64,000 nt of DNA from Gracilinanus agilis (lineage: Eukaryota): assembly GCF_016433145.1 (NCBI RefSeq), contig NC_058130.1, forward strand, positions 422,999,208 through 423,063,207, in the 5' to 3' direction. The translations under genes and the position numbers were made by a program. Below the pieces are notes generated by a model that made no database searches, was not told the origin of the DNA, and saw only the letters and a list, made by a program, of their open reading frames with translations. Within the stretch, counting starts at the first letter, position 1, and each line of letters opens with the position of its first letter. Shown piece after piece: positions 1-12,809 of the stretch.

Positions 1-1911
1 ACTTATCACTGTGTGATCTTGGGAAAGTCACTTGATCCTGTTTGCCTTAGTTAGGAACTTTACTTTGATCCCTTAGCAAGTATAATAGATATCTTGCATA
101 TACCTAGTTTTTGATGTGTTATCTCCCCTTTTCAAATGTGAGCTCCTTGAGTGCAAAACAATTTTTAACTTTTTTTAAAATAAATAACACTTACTGTGTG
201 CCAAGTACTATGCTATTTCCTCATTTGATCCTCACAACCCTGGGAGGTAGGTACTATTATTAACTCCATTTTACAATGAAGAACTTGAGACAAACAGAAA
301 TTAAGTGACTTTCCTAGTGTCTCTCATCTAGTATGTGTCTGAGACCAGATTTGAACTCAAATTAGCACAATATTTGGACCACAGTAAACTTGTAATAAAT
401 GCCTGTTGACTGACTAATTGACTATTATGGGTCTGGTGTTAGATTTATGTTAATAGATGAGAACTTATTCCATAGATTTGGAGAAGAGGACATCATAAAT
501 TCAGTTACTTCAGTAAATAAGTAGTCATCATTGAGAGCTGAGAACACTCCACATGAATTATGGCATGTGTGAAAAACAAAGATTTTTAGATGCAAAGCTT
601 TGCCTGCATCCCCAGTGAAAGGTATACAAAGATGGAAAATAGACCAAGGAGTGGTCTATTTGTAAACCAGTGATCAGTGCACAGAATGCAGAATTCCTTG
701 CATCCTCAAGAAAGCAAGATTTTAACATCTAATGAAATATATTTAAAACTCTAATCAAAGACATGATAAAACTTTAGAGTACAGGCCTTTCTAATTAGTT
801 TCATGAATATGCAATATTAATTATGTCACTTGTCTCTTTTCTAGACACCATGGTTATAGGAATATAATTTCATGCTTTTCTTCTTATCAGTGACATAAAC
901 TATTTTTGAGTCAAGTTGGTTTCTGGGCTCATAGAGCCTCTTCATTGTGGCGAATATTTTGCATTGATTGGTTAGACTTCTCTAAAAAATAGTGACCAAG
1001 TTAACATCTTTCCTTTTACCCTTTTCCTTTCTTTTTGGAATCAGCAGCAAAGGAAGAGTCTGCTACGATTACAAACCGCACTTTCTTTAAATCTTTACAC
1101 TCTCATCTAACTTGATACTTTGACAACTTTGTTCCAGCCATTTAATGATCTGACTATATGTAGATAGCCAATTCAGAAAGCACTCCCACACTTATAACAA
1201 ATTATTTCCTCTTGGTTAAAGCATGAGAGTCAATGTGGTATAGTGAATAAAAGGTTGTCCTTGAAGCAAGGAAGATTTGAATTTAAGTTCTGCCTTGGAA
1301 GCATGTTGATTGTGTGACCCTGGACAAGTCACTTAATATTTTAGAGTGCTGGATAACTTTCTAGGACTATACATTGTAAAAGTGGTACTAATCTTTGTTA
1401 GTAGAAAGTATTCTTCATCTGGGACTTTCCTGTGCCAATGAAATCACAAGTCTAGTTCTTATTTCTAAAATAGAGCCAATTTCATTGTTTTAATGGAATA
1501 ACTGGATTAACATATCATGCACTTTTCACTTCTCTTCTTGAAAGAAGTGGTCAAGGTAATCTAATCCTCTGGGATAATCCTTTGAGAAAGAGGGGAAAAA
1601 AAGAAAATCTAAGTGACAAAATACAAAATATGTCAATAAAATCAATTTTTTTAAAAAAAGGAAGTAAAGTATATAGGTACAAAGTTCCTGGTTATTATGC
1701 AAATCTTCTTTCTCTTTTATTTCCAGTTTCTAAATTGTATCTTCTAATATAGTTTTGGTAAATTTTTTGGTATCCAGCTTCACAACAAAATTGTTAAGTA
1801 AGCAAGGTAAATGTTGGCCTAGTCTAGAGAAGGACAATTAAGGATGGTGAAAGACCTCAGGTTCAGGTCATACAGGGTTAAATTGAAGGAAATTGATATG
1901 TTTATCCTACT

Positions 1912-2620
1912 TGATGTGGGCCAGGCTGATTGGATCTCATCTAAAGAATTGATTGATGGCTCAAACCGACTGCATTGCAAGGAAACAAGCTTTCTTTTAA
2001 GAGACTATAGTAACAGAGTGTCTATAGATATCTAGTAGAGTAAATAATTAAGTAGAGTTAGATAAGGTAAGCAAAGGTAAATGTGGTAAGCAAAGTGGAT
2101 AGGGATTTTTCAGAATACTTTTTTATCTTGTTTAGTTACTAAGGAAGGGTTCATTTATTTGGACTGTTGTTGCCCTATGTTTCCAAGAAATTGATGTCAC
2201 TTTATCCATGGTCCACTTTGGTCTTTGTGGCCTTACCCATGATTTACTTTGCTTGTCCACTGAGGATGGAGAGTTAGGGGGGGGAAAGCAAACCACAATG
2301 TAAATGAGATGCTAATATGTTAAATACCCTGGGGCAACTTTAAGTCAAGTTTTGCTCTTTTCTGTGTAGACTCTAAGAAAGGCAGTAAGTGTAGAAGTTG
2401 AGCATTGTTTGAACCTACTGTTATATGACTGGGGACCTGAACCATCTGTGCTGCTGTCCAGAGACTCCCCCTGCCAAGGTCCTAGGTAATGTTTAAAGAT
2501 TGATGTGAAGAGGTTTCTCATAATTATGAATCTAAGAAACTCGTATGTCTTATCTGAAAGGTGGCCCCACACTGATCACTATTTGTTCTTTCTCTGTCCT
2601 TTTTGATTGTTTATAGCTAC
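1912..2620. mobile_element. Possible LTR-like insertion splitting a CR1/L3 fragment
   Basis: CR1-like sequence stops near 1910 and resumes near 2640; the intervening sequence has LTR-like composition; termini and TSD not resolved. Confidence 0.3.
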
Positions 2621-2639
2621 TTGGCAGGGTTTGAAGACA

Positions 2640-2940
2640 GGACTATGATAGGTTTCTTCTAGTATTTGAAAGGTTATCAACAGAAGAAGGATCAGAATTA
2701 GTTTGTTTGACCCTAGGTGGGCAGAACTCAGATCATTGTGTGGAAGTTAGAAAAAGGCCGATTTAATCTTTCTCTTAGGAGTATTTCCTAGCAATTAAAA
2801 GCTATCCTGAACTGGAATTAGTGGCCTTAGGATATAGCGAGTTCTTCCATCCAATGGCTATGTGAATACTTATTAGATTTGTTGTAGGTGAGATTCTGTT
2901 TCAGGTATACATTGAACTAGATGGCTGCTGAGTTCTCCTC
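2640..2940 (+). mobile_element. CR1/L3 3' end fragment
   Basis: tagtatttgaaagg...cctaggtgggcagaactcag...gaactagatggctgctgagttc. Confidence 0.7.
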
Positions 2941-3559
2941 CAACACTGAAATGTTATAATTCTTTCACCAAATCCTTGATGGAATTTTTTGATTTCTTAA
3001 TTTCAATAAGCTTTAAGTGTCTTCATGATAGATTGTGACATTGCTCATTCTTAGTGCTATAAGGCAAGATGAACAAAAGTCTCATGAAATGACATTTCTT
3101 GTAGCTCTGGAGCACATGATGATAAAACCAATTCATCTAGTTCCCTCATTCACATCCCCCCCCCCCCCCCAAAGGGATCTGCTCAACATCTTTCAATTTA
3201 GTAGTTTCTTCTTTATTTAGTTCAATCCCACACACATTTATTAAACATCTTCTATGTTTAAGGAACATTTCTAGGCACCAAGATTGCAAAAACACAAAAC
3301 AAACAATCTTTATTCTCTACGAATTTGCAAAAAGAATAGACTAAAATAGAGCTGATACAGTCATGAATGCTTAGGTTCTCAAGTAGGCCTATGATTTCCG
3401 CAATTGGAATGTTTCTCAATGAAATGTAAATTTCCACCTATCCTTACTTACCCATCTAGTGGGACTTTTGTTCATGTCCTTCCATAAGTTTTCCTCAAAG
3501 CTCTTAGTAAATTTTCAAATATTCATTATTAGAATTTTTGGTCCTATCATTCTAGAAAG

Positions 3560-4170
3560 CAATATGGATACACAATACACAAAAAATTCCCAAATTGTGC
3601 CTACTTTTCAACTATTTGGGACTGCCACCTATAAAAGAGAGGTCAAAGACAGAGGAAAAGGATCTATTAATACAAAATTATTTATGAGGGCTTTTTTTTT
3701 TTATTATATCAAAGAACTAGAAACAAAGTGGCTGCCCATCAAATAGAGTATGGCTGAACAAATCTGGTATAAGAATTTAATGAAGCATTACATTAGAAAT
3801 AATGAATGATTGATGCAGAGAAAGTGGCCTGGGAACACTTTTGTGATCTGATGCCTAGTGAAGTAACCAAGACCAGGAGAACAATTTGCATAGTGACCAA
3901 AGTAATGATGTAAAGGAAAACAACTTTGAAAGTCTTTAAAACTTTGATCACTAAAGTGATCAATCATGACTTGAGAAGACTGATGATGAACTATGTCTCC
4001 CATCTACTAGCAGGGAGCTGATAGAATAGAGATGCAATATGAGGCACACATTTTCAGAAATAGCAAATATGTTTATTTATTTTGAGTGTATGTATTTGTT
4101 ACAAGGGAAGTCTTTTTATGATAAAGATATTTTATTTTACCAGTTACATGTAATAACATTTTTCCACATG
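3560..4170 (+). mobile_element. Old L1 3' end (ORF2 C-terminus and 3'UTR)
   Basis: gtcaaagacagaggaaaaggatctattaatacaaaa...gctgcccatcaaatagagtatggctgaacaaa. Confidence 0.75.
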
Positions 4171-4174
4171 AATT

Positions 4175-4685
4175 TACTGAAGTTTTAAGATCCAAATTGT
4201 CTCCCTTCCTTTCTTCCCTCCCCACTTCCCTGAGATGGTAAACAACTTGAACTGGGTTATACATGTATTATGGTACAAAACATATTTCTATATTATTCAA
4301 TTTTTAAGAGAATAATCATATAAAACTAAAACCCCAAAATAAAAGCCCAAATAAGCAAGAGTGAAAAATAGTATGTTTTGATCCACATTCTGATTGTAAC
4401 AGTTTTTTCTCTGGAGGTAGATAGCATTCTTTGCCATAAGTTCTTTAGAATTGTCCTGGATCATTATATTGCTGAGAGAAGGTGTCTTCCATCGTTGATC
4501 ATTCCGTATTGCTATTAGTGTGGACAGTGTTCCCCTGGTTCTGCTTATATCACTCTGCATCAGTTTACATAGGTCTTTCCAGCTCTTTCTGAAATCATCT
4601 TGTTTATCATTTTTTAAAGCACAATGATATTCCAACACCATCACATAACACAATTTGTTCAGCCATCCCCAGTTGATAGACAAAC
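4175..4685 (-). mobile_element. L1 3' end, antisense
   Basis: ORF 4297-4683(-): SINWGWLNKLCY...KSWKDLCKLMQSDISRTRGTL is the L1 ORF2 C-terminal/3'UTR region. Confidence 0.85.
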
Positions 4686-4736
4686 CAAAGGAAGTCTTTT
4701 AAATGGTGAGGAGTAGGATAAATAGCAATAGAAATT

Positions 4737-5830
4737 TGTAAAAGGGAATTCTTTGTTCTCTCTGAGTTTACACTTGTGAAAGGGAATCCTTTATTCCCTT
4801 TGTCTGTTTTGAGTTAACATTTTGGTTAACAATAACTTAAGGGGCAGCTGGGTGGCTCAGTGGATTGAGAACCAGACCTAGAAATGGGAAGTCCTAGGTT
4901 CAAATCCTGACTTCAGATACTTCCTAGCTGTGTGACCCTGGGCAAGTCACTTGACCCCCATTGCCTAGCCCTTACCACTCTTCTGCCTTGGAACCAATAC
5001 AGAGTATTGATTCCAAGATGGAAGGTAAGGTTTTTTAAAAAACAAAAACAATAATTTAAGTACCCCTACTTAGTACCTCACCAGATTGTAAATATAGGAT
5101 TAACTCTCCTTTGTCTACTTTTGAATTAAATCAACAAAAACTTGAACACCCTACTTATCACTAGGTGGAGGAGCTCTCTACCTTTTCAACTCAATCAGCC
5201 AGAAAATGAGAATTCACACCTCAATCAGCCAGGAATCTGTGAACTCTTTTGATGAGTATTCACCTCTCCAGAAGGTGAGAAGTGGTTCCCACAAACACTG
5301 CCCCCTGAGCAGTGCTGGGCAATTTGGAAGCTGTGATTGGCCCTTGTGAAAAGGAGAAGGGACAAGAAGCCAATATAAAAGGCCCTGAATTTCTGGGGTT
5401 AGGGGAAGTTGACTTTAAGAAGGAGTTAGGCTTCAAGAAGGAAGTCAGCTTCAAGAAGGTCAGCTCAAGGAAGAAAGGTGGCCTCAGGAATCACCTTCAG
5501 CTCCAGTCATCTTCTTGAACTGCCTCTTGGAGGGAACTTGGTTGAAAGCTGGCTTTCCCTTCCTGTCTTCTAGAGAGAGTTTAATTCCAGCTCAAGGTCA
5601 ATAAATTCTGGCTGAGTCAAGCACTGGAGAAATCTTTAGATAGATAGGCTAAATGTCTTCTCTAGCTTCTTCTTACATTTTTCCACTTTCACTCTTTCCA
5701 CCTCTTTTGTAAATAAAAGCTATTAAAAGTCATTTAGACTTTGAGCAATAACACTTTAAATCAGCAACTACCATATTATTTATAATTTTCATATATTTTA
5801 GACAAACCATTAAAATTTAATTCCTATAGA
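4737..5830 (+). mobile_element. Solo ERV LTR (sense to gene), interrupted by a SINE
   Basis: Starts TGTAAAAGGG; ATTGG at 5336, CCAATATAAAA at 5370-5380, AATAAA at 5600 and 5712; internal aagaagg-agtcagcttc repeats; 3' boundary approximate, no TSD resolved. Confidence 0.7.
4842..5046 (+). mobile_element. SINE1_Mdo-type tRNA/core SINE inside the LTR
   Basis: gggcagctgggtggctcagtgg...ggttcaaatcc...ccttaccactcttctgccttggaacc; 14-bp TSD aacaataa(c/t)ttaag at 4828 and 5047. Confidence 0.9.
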
Positions 5831-5974
5831 CTTTTTAAGCAAAAAAAAAAAATCAATGAAATATTTTAACATACATAAGAGAAAGGAGGAAACTCACTAG
5901 GGACAGAAAAACAGAGTTGTTTTGTTACTTCCTGATTAAATGTAATATATGTTTTTAAAACTATGTATAGTTAT

Positions 5975-6250
5975 TTGGAAACTAAATAATCTTCTCCTAA
6001 AGAATGAATAGGTCAAAGAAGAAATCATAGAAAAAACAAATAGTTGCATTAAAGAGAATGACAACAAAGAAACCACATATCAAAATTATGGGCTGCAGTC
6101 AAATCTATAGTGAGAAGAAAATTTGTATCTGTAAATGCTTACAGCAAAATAGAGAAAAAACAGATCAATGAATTGGACGTACAACTAAAAAAACTAGAAA
6201 AATGACAAATTAAAAATCCCCAATTAAATACCAAATTAAAAAACTATGTA
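5975..6250 (+). mobile_element. L1 ORF2 fragment
   Basis: aactaaataatcttctcctaaagaatgaataggtcaaagaagaaatcatagaa...gagaatgacaacaaagaaaccacatatcaaaa (KLNNL..NEWVKE..ENDN.ETTYQN). Confidence 0.8.
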
Positions 6251-8876
6251 ACAAAAGTTCATATTTTCACACATAGACCCTTTTTTGTTTTTGTATATTA
6301 AAACATTTATGTTTATTAATAAAGAAGCATTTACTATGTTCCAGGTACTGTCCTAAGTGCTGGGGATAACAAATATCAGCAAAAATTAAAATAGTCCCTG
6401 TCTTCAAGGAGCTTATATTCTAATTTTGGAAAATAATACATTAAAGGGAGCTGAAAAGCAGGGTGTGAATACTGTTCTTGATGCAAGGGCAAACTGTTGA
6501 CATCTGGAAAGTTAGGAATAGAAACAGGGTGGGAATGAAGGCTGGCCAGCCTGAACCTCTGCTCAAAATGGAGGCCTTAGGAATAGGAGAAGGGGAGCCT
6601 GCCTGATGGAGGGTTATTCCAGGATAAAAAGGCTATATGAAGGTTAGATATTCCAGGAGATGGAAGCTTCAGACACTAGAGGAGATTCTAGGCTGAGACT
6701 ATAGCTGAAGCATCATGCTGAAGCCCCAAAAGTCACAGGGAGAGCTGGGATAACAAATCAAATAGCATTCCCTAATCTAGCATTACAGACTCAGGCAGAT
6801 TTTTGTCCATTGGCATACAGCCCTTCATTGATAGTCTGTGTGCCTTGCAGGTAGGGCTAAATTTACACAATACCACTTGCCTTACTTATCACTTATTGTT
6901 TTTCATTTCAGTAGCCAAGTGCCTCCAAACTACTGCTTTTGCTTAATTTCCATTCTGAGTCATGTACAGCTAATTTCCCCCAGCTGGCAACAGTCGCCAT
7001 ATGTAGTCCTTGGGTAGGAATAGCCTCCCTTCCTGCATGCACAGCTGCTATCCTGAGACAAGCATTTTTCAGAAAAGCAAAGCTGATGTATTGGGGTAGG
7101 AAGATGAGGGGCAAATAGAATTCCTCTCACTTCTGAAGTGTTCTGTTTAACAAGATATTCTAAGGTGTTTTTTAATCACTTTTTTAAAAGGATATCCAAA
7201 TGGTATCAGGTTGACATTGATATTACTGTTTTTGTTTTTGCTTTTAATCTGGCTTTCAGCCTGCATTCAGTGTTGAATGTTGTCAGGTTGTCACAGGTTG
7301 CCTTAAGAAAAAATTCATAATGATCTCATTCCAAAAAGACTCCTAAAAGCAGCATAATGGATTTTGGCAAAGTGACCAATGAGAAGTTTGTTTCTGATGA
7401 AGGAAGTTGAGATAAGGGAGCTAGAAGGACATGATAGTATTGTAGTTAGATTAAATTAGGTCTGACCATGTTTATATCTCAGTTCCATTTCTGACTGATT
7501 TTTAATTCCCATTCAGCATGTACCACATGTTTTCCTGACAAGGAAGAGAGGTGAGGTAAATTAAGTTAAATTCGAAACTAAAAAGCCATTGGAGTTTTAA
7601 AAACATACTATGTTTTACCTATTCACCATATAGTATAACCACTATATACTCTAAAAGAATGAGTTTTATACATAACTAAACTGGCTTCTGCCATGAATTT
7701 TGCATGCAGTAGAAACAATCAATCAAAGGCAATTATTAAGCACCTACTATGTATCAGAAATTATGCTATGCACTGGGTGATATAGGGCAGCTAGGAAAGA
7801 ATGAAGGAGGGGATGGAGTGCTGGGTCTAGAGTCAGGTCAACTCATCTTCCTGAATTCAAATACGGCCTCAGACACTTACTAGCTTTGTGTCTGTAGGCA
7901 AGACACAACTCTGATTGTTTTAGTTTTTTCACCTTAAAATGAGATGAAAAAGGAAATGGCAAGTCACTCCAGAATCTCTGCCAAGAAAATTTCAAGTGGG
8001 GTCACAAATAATTGGTTGAAACAGAAAAAGAAAATAAAGACAAAACTGGGGATGCAAAGACAAAAAAGGAAGCCCTTCCTCCCCCCTAGGAGCTTGCATT
8101 CTGTCATTAAGTCCTAGTGATAAAAGTCTACCCTCAAAAGACTTTGAAAGCCTTTCAAAAAAAATATTGCAACATTGCTTATAGCTTGGTGTATGTGATA
8201 AGCTCTCAAAATGTTAGTTGAAATGGCTCATAGGAATAAGGGACCCAAAATGCCTCATTTATTTTCAAGATGTTGTTGAACAGAACTATGAGCTATAGAA
8301 ACAACTTCATAGGAATTAAATAACATCATGTAATTATGTGATTCTTCCAAAATATTCTCCTGATAAAAGAGGATGACAAAGGAACCACTAAAGAAAGACC
8401 AACAAAACTATTTTTAATATAAACAAGGCAGTATTATAGAAATAACATATAGTCTCTAGAAGCAAATAATAATCTAATCAAGACAGAATTTAACCATCAA
8501 CAAAGCAAATGTTTTTTGAATGAGGAAACTGTAAATTATAGAATCACAAAAAATTATGAACCAGAAGGGATTTTAGACATCATCTGCCAATCTCTTAATT
8601 TATAGGAAAGGAAAATGAGGCATCAAGAGACCAAGTGATCTCCCTAAGGTCATACAGCAAGTGCTAAGCAAAGTCAGGATTAAAATATCCAACAGTCTTC
8701 CATTCTAGGGAGTCTCTTGACTCTCAGGCTAGCATTAATTACATTTTATATCACACTACCTCTTCTTCAACTTGGAAATGTATGGTTTGGGCAAATATCT
8801 GCCTTTTATAGATAGTATCAATCAATTGTACTGTTTTTAACTTATTTTTCAGTTTAAAAAAAATTAGAAACTAAAG

Positions 8877-9060
8877 TGCAGCTAGGTGACTGAGTGGCCT
8901 AGAGCCAGGCCTAAAGACAAGGAGGTCTTGGGTTCAAATCTGGAATTAGGTACTTTGTAGCTGTGTAATCCTGAATATGCCATTTAACCCCATTTGCCTA
9001 GTCCTTACCATTCTTCTGCCTTAGAATCAATTCTAAGAAAGACAGTAAAAGTTTTTTAAA
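8877..9060 (+). mobile_element. SINE1_Mdo-type SINE
   Basis: gcagctaggtgactgagtgg...ttgcctagtccttaccattcttctgcc. Confidence 0.8.
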
Positions 9061-9537
9061 AATTAGAAAATTTTATGACTTCAGGAGATTGATGATGAAG
9101 ATTTTTACCAGAGAGGTGATGGGTTAGAGGAACAGAATGAGATATATACTTTCCAGTATATGTTTGTTTGAAGTACTTGAAGTTATTTCTCATAGTGAGG
9201 GATTTTATTGGGTAAGGTTGTGGGCCGAGTTAGTGGAAAGTCATAGAGAAACAAAAAGAAAGAAAGACAAGAAGATTAACAAACAAAAATACATAGAAGA
9301 AATCAGAAAGAATTTCAGAAGGGGACACAATCAATTAGGGCTATTTTTACTATATTAAATTTACTATATGCTTTATATCTACCTATGTATGGTATCTAGA
9401 GATGAAGGTCAAAGTTAAAAATCTTTTTATTCTTTATATATTGGAAATTTTGGGTTGATGATTGTTGAGTTTGTATTAAAAAGACAACTTTAAATGAAAT
9501 TTCAAAATACTTGTTAATATCACTTTTCTTGCTCTAG

Positions 9538-9624
9538 AATTCGGCACCTCAGTCCATTCACAGCATTCTGCTTCTGGTGGATAAAGAATCAGCTTTTAGG
9601 CCTGACAAGGATACAGCACTGCAG
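9538..9624 (+). CDS. PLEKHG4B: Coding exon A (SEC14/CRAL-TRIO-like region), NSAPQSIHSILLLVDKESAFRPDKDTALQ
   Basis: cttttcttgctctag|AAT...CAG|gtaaaa; 87 nt, phase 0-0; near-identical to recalled human IHSILLLVDKESAFRPDKD. Confidence 0.93.
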
Positions 9625-11189
9625 GTAAAATTGAGAAGTGGTTTTAGATTTTTAGTATCGTGCTACTCAAAATAATATGCATTGTTTAGAGATTTCTGTG
9701 AACTAAGAAAATTAAGGTATATAGTAAAAAAGATTTTTAAATTTTAACTTTTGTGTTTCTTGAAATTAACTAATGAAATTAATTAATTTCTTAATTCTAA
9801 TTTTAATTTTTTTTCTCTTTGTATATAACTATTTGGGCACATTTGTTTTCTTCTCTCAAGTTAAAACTCCTTGAGGGCAGGGACTGTCTCTTGCCTCTCT
9901 TTGTATATCCCAGCACTTAGCACAATGCCTATCACATAGTAGGCACTTAATTTATTGATTGAGAAATGGACCTAATCCTGCTCAAAAATAAGTTTATTTA
10001 TCTTCTGTCTTTTGTGTATAATCTATTTTCATTAAGATAAATAAAGTTATTTTCCAGTTGTGGTGATAAAAAGTGAGAACTGACCTTCATTTACTCTTCA
10101 TTTTGACATTAGATGTACTTTGCAGGACAAAACCAAACCTAATGTTAAAATATAGATAAGTAATTTAAGTCTGAACAGAGCACATGACAAGCAGACATAA
10201 CAGAACAAAGATATGTTCCACTTGGTTAAATAGACTAAACTCAAAGATCTTCTTATCTTCTAATCAAACTATGAAGTATGATTCCAAGTCAAGTTAAAAA
10301 AATTATAAAACTCATTTGAATATCATGAAAGTTACTCAGTAATAAGGATACAACTGTTTCTTGTTCACATTGTTCATCATTAGTTTACAAAAGGAACATT
10401 TATTTAGAGCAAAAGGAGTCAAATATTAGAATTTTTGTTTCTTTGACAAATATATCAAATATTAAAGCCTGATTGCAATATTTTACAAGTACTGGGAATT
10501 GGACTAAGGAGCTGTGTGCATTTAAGAACAAATCAACTATTTAAAAAGTGGGCATTTCTATCAGTCAATAGGTGGCTTTGTCTTACTCTTTACCACAGTA
10601 TGCTGTGGCCTATTTGACTCATCGACCCTTTGTCCTTACTGATTTGGCAGTAATGCCAATTTCACATTCACCTGGAAGTTCTGCTCATCTCCAGACTTGG
10701 AACCAAGCCTTGCTCCAAGCAGGAATCATATAAGGAAGGCTTTGCAAGAAGATCATACCATCTGAGATGGAAATGAGAATACCACATGATTCTTGCTACT
10801 CATCATTGAGCGTTCGAGTTCCCCAATGGCTGGATTTTCTGTTATATCCCTCTTTGGTTGGGCCACTGTTTTTGTTTCCTCTATGCCAAATGCATGTCTC
10901 CTCAGACATCTACCTTTGCCTGTAGGTGGGGACTTTCATTGATCATCTGGTGTATGGTGGAATCAAAACCACAAAGTCGTGTCTTTCAGAGTTCTATTTG
11001 GCTTCCATTTTACCTTATCTTCCTTGGCCACATTGGGACTCTATGTCTTCCCTTCACACCTCCTTTGTCCCTTTTCTCAACTTCTGCCACTGAATTAGAG
11101 AGGAGAATCCATCAGTATTCCCAGGTATCACAGCAATAGAAGTAGTGAGGAACACCAGAACATCAATCCCATCCAAAGTGAGTGGATTA

Positions 11190-11610
11190 TAGAAGACCTT
11201 TTCTCTATTCTTTTTCTTTTCTCACCTTCTCTTTCCCTTCTATTACCTTTAATTTTTAATTTTTTCCTCTCTTCTCTCTAATTCTCTTTAATTAAATCTA
11301 ATTTAATTTCCTTCCCTCCTTTTTTCCTCTATTCTTTTTTCTATACATTATGAACTTCTGTTCCACTCATCTCATTTTTTGTGTTTTAAAGTGTCTCTTG
11401 CCTCCTCTGCTCCATTTGCCATTTTCTTTTATCTTTTCTTGCTATTTCCTCTGCCTTTTTGCTTTCCCTCCTCTATATTTTCTCCCTTCCACTCTCTCCC
11501 TCCCTTTTTTATCCCTTTCTCCTTTCATTCTCTCTTTTCTCATCTTTACTTCTCTATTCTTTTTCTTTATTTTTATTTCATTTATTTCTCTTTCATCTGT
11601 CTATCTTCAT
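11190..11610. repeat. Pyrimidine-rich low-complexity tract (about 420 bp)
   Basis: Almost entirely C/T on the + strand; source of the spurious F/L/S-rich ORFs 11350-11622. Confidence 0.9.
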
Positions 11611-12107
11611 TGTTATAACTAGTCAAATTTGAAGTACTCAAAGGTTTACTCTAATCCTATCACTAGGAAAACAAAAGCCCAGCCAATTATTTCTAGGCTA
11701 ACACCCCCAATCTCCTAGCATTCTATGACACCGGAAATTTAAAATTCCAAAGTGGGTACATTCTGCAGAATGCAGGCATCAGGAAGCAGTGCATTAAAGT
11801 GACATTCTCCACTAATTCTTGCAACTCTGAGAGCTATACCAGGGCAGTCACTTGGTAGATGGTCCTACAGAAGCATAGAATAATTGATACCACACAATAA
11901 AACAGTATAAAACTGAAAGTTGTGCCTGGATCTTCTCAAACCTAGTGCCTCTGAGTGGCAGTGGGCCTCTGGGGTATAATCTATTTACTGTCTAGTCTAG
12001 AGTGTTTGAGAAAGTAGGAAAAAGTTCATTTATCACAGGATTCTTTTTCCCCAGTGACTAGATTCATGGCAATAGTAAAAATCTTTTAAACACCTTTTCC
12101 TTAGCAG

Positions 12108-12224
12108 TATGAGGTTCTGACCTCCCTGAAGGCCCTGCATAAGCTCATTGATAGTACACAGCTGACAGCAGAGTTTGATGGGACCTTTGTTTACAACCAC
12201 AGTGAATGGATCCGTTTCCGAAGG
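12108..12224 (+). CDS. PLEKHG4B: Coding exon B, YEVLTSLKALHKLIDSTQLTAEFDGTFVYNHSEWIRFRR
   Basis: ccttttccttagcag|TAT...AGG|gtaagt; 117 nt, phase 0-0; QLT-x-x-x-x-G-x-F-x-Y-x-H-x-x-W motif of the SEC14-spectrin junction in Trio/Dbl-like GEFs. Confidence 0.93.
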
Positions 12225-12809
12225 GTAAGTAAGACATGATGGCTCAGTGCTCTTCCCTTGTTTTCTCATTGCATTGTTTTTCCTTTTCTCAGTGTACATA
12301 GTTCTATGTTCTTTCTGTTGTTTTATATAGTTATTCATCATATATGCAACAAGCATTTATTAAGGCCTTCTATGTGTCAGGCCATGCTAGGTACTACAGC
12401 AACAAAGACATAGAGGCCATCAAGGAACTGGCATTGTGAGGAAAATGTTTTGCAAATTTTAGAGTTCTATGTAAATGTGAGCTTTTGTTCTTGTTACTAA
12501 GCATTCAAGTACATATACTATAAGGTAGATTGAAGGTAGTATGCCACAATATAGAGAGATGGCCTCAGAGAAAGGAAGATATGCATTTAAGTCCAGTTCT
12601 GACACATACTAGCTATGTGACCCAATGCAAGCCACTTAATCCCTCCATGCTCCAGACAACTCTCTAATATTATAAAGAGCAGAGCAGGCACCAACCTTAA
12701 TTGTTAGCCAGAGAATTCCCTATACCAAAGAAACCAAAGGGATAGTTCCTAACCCTAATTCTCAACTTAGAATGTGATTAGTTCTTTAGTCTCCAATTAA
12801 TTTTTATTC

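Noticed and set aside
637-661. 10-bp perfect hairpin aaatagacca-aggag-tggtctattt
   Set aside because: About the number expected by chance in 64 kb of AT-rich DNA; too short for a pre-miRNA.
1798-2086. Near-direct repeat gtaagca(a)aggtaaatgt at about 1798 and 2067
   Set aside because: The first copy lies in CR1-like sequence and the pair does not flank a defined element; likely coincidence.
6780-6856. ...SLCALQ|gtaggg as a possible upstream PLEKHG4B exon
   Set aside because: No similarity to the expected VDARR-containing exon and no suitable acceptor.
11350-11622. Hydrophobic 79-90 aa ORFs resembling membrane peptides
   Set aside because: Translation artefact of the CT-rich low-complexity tract.
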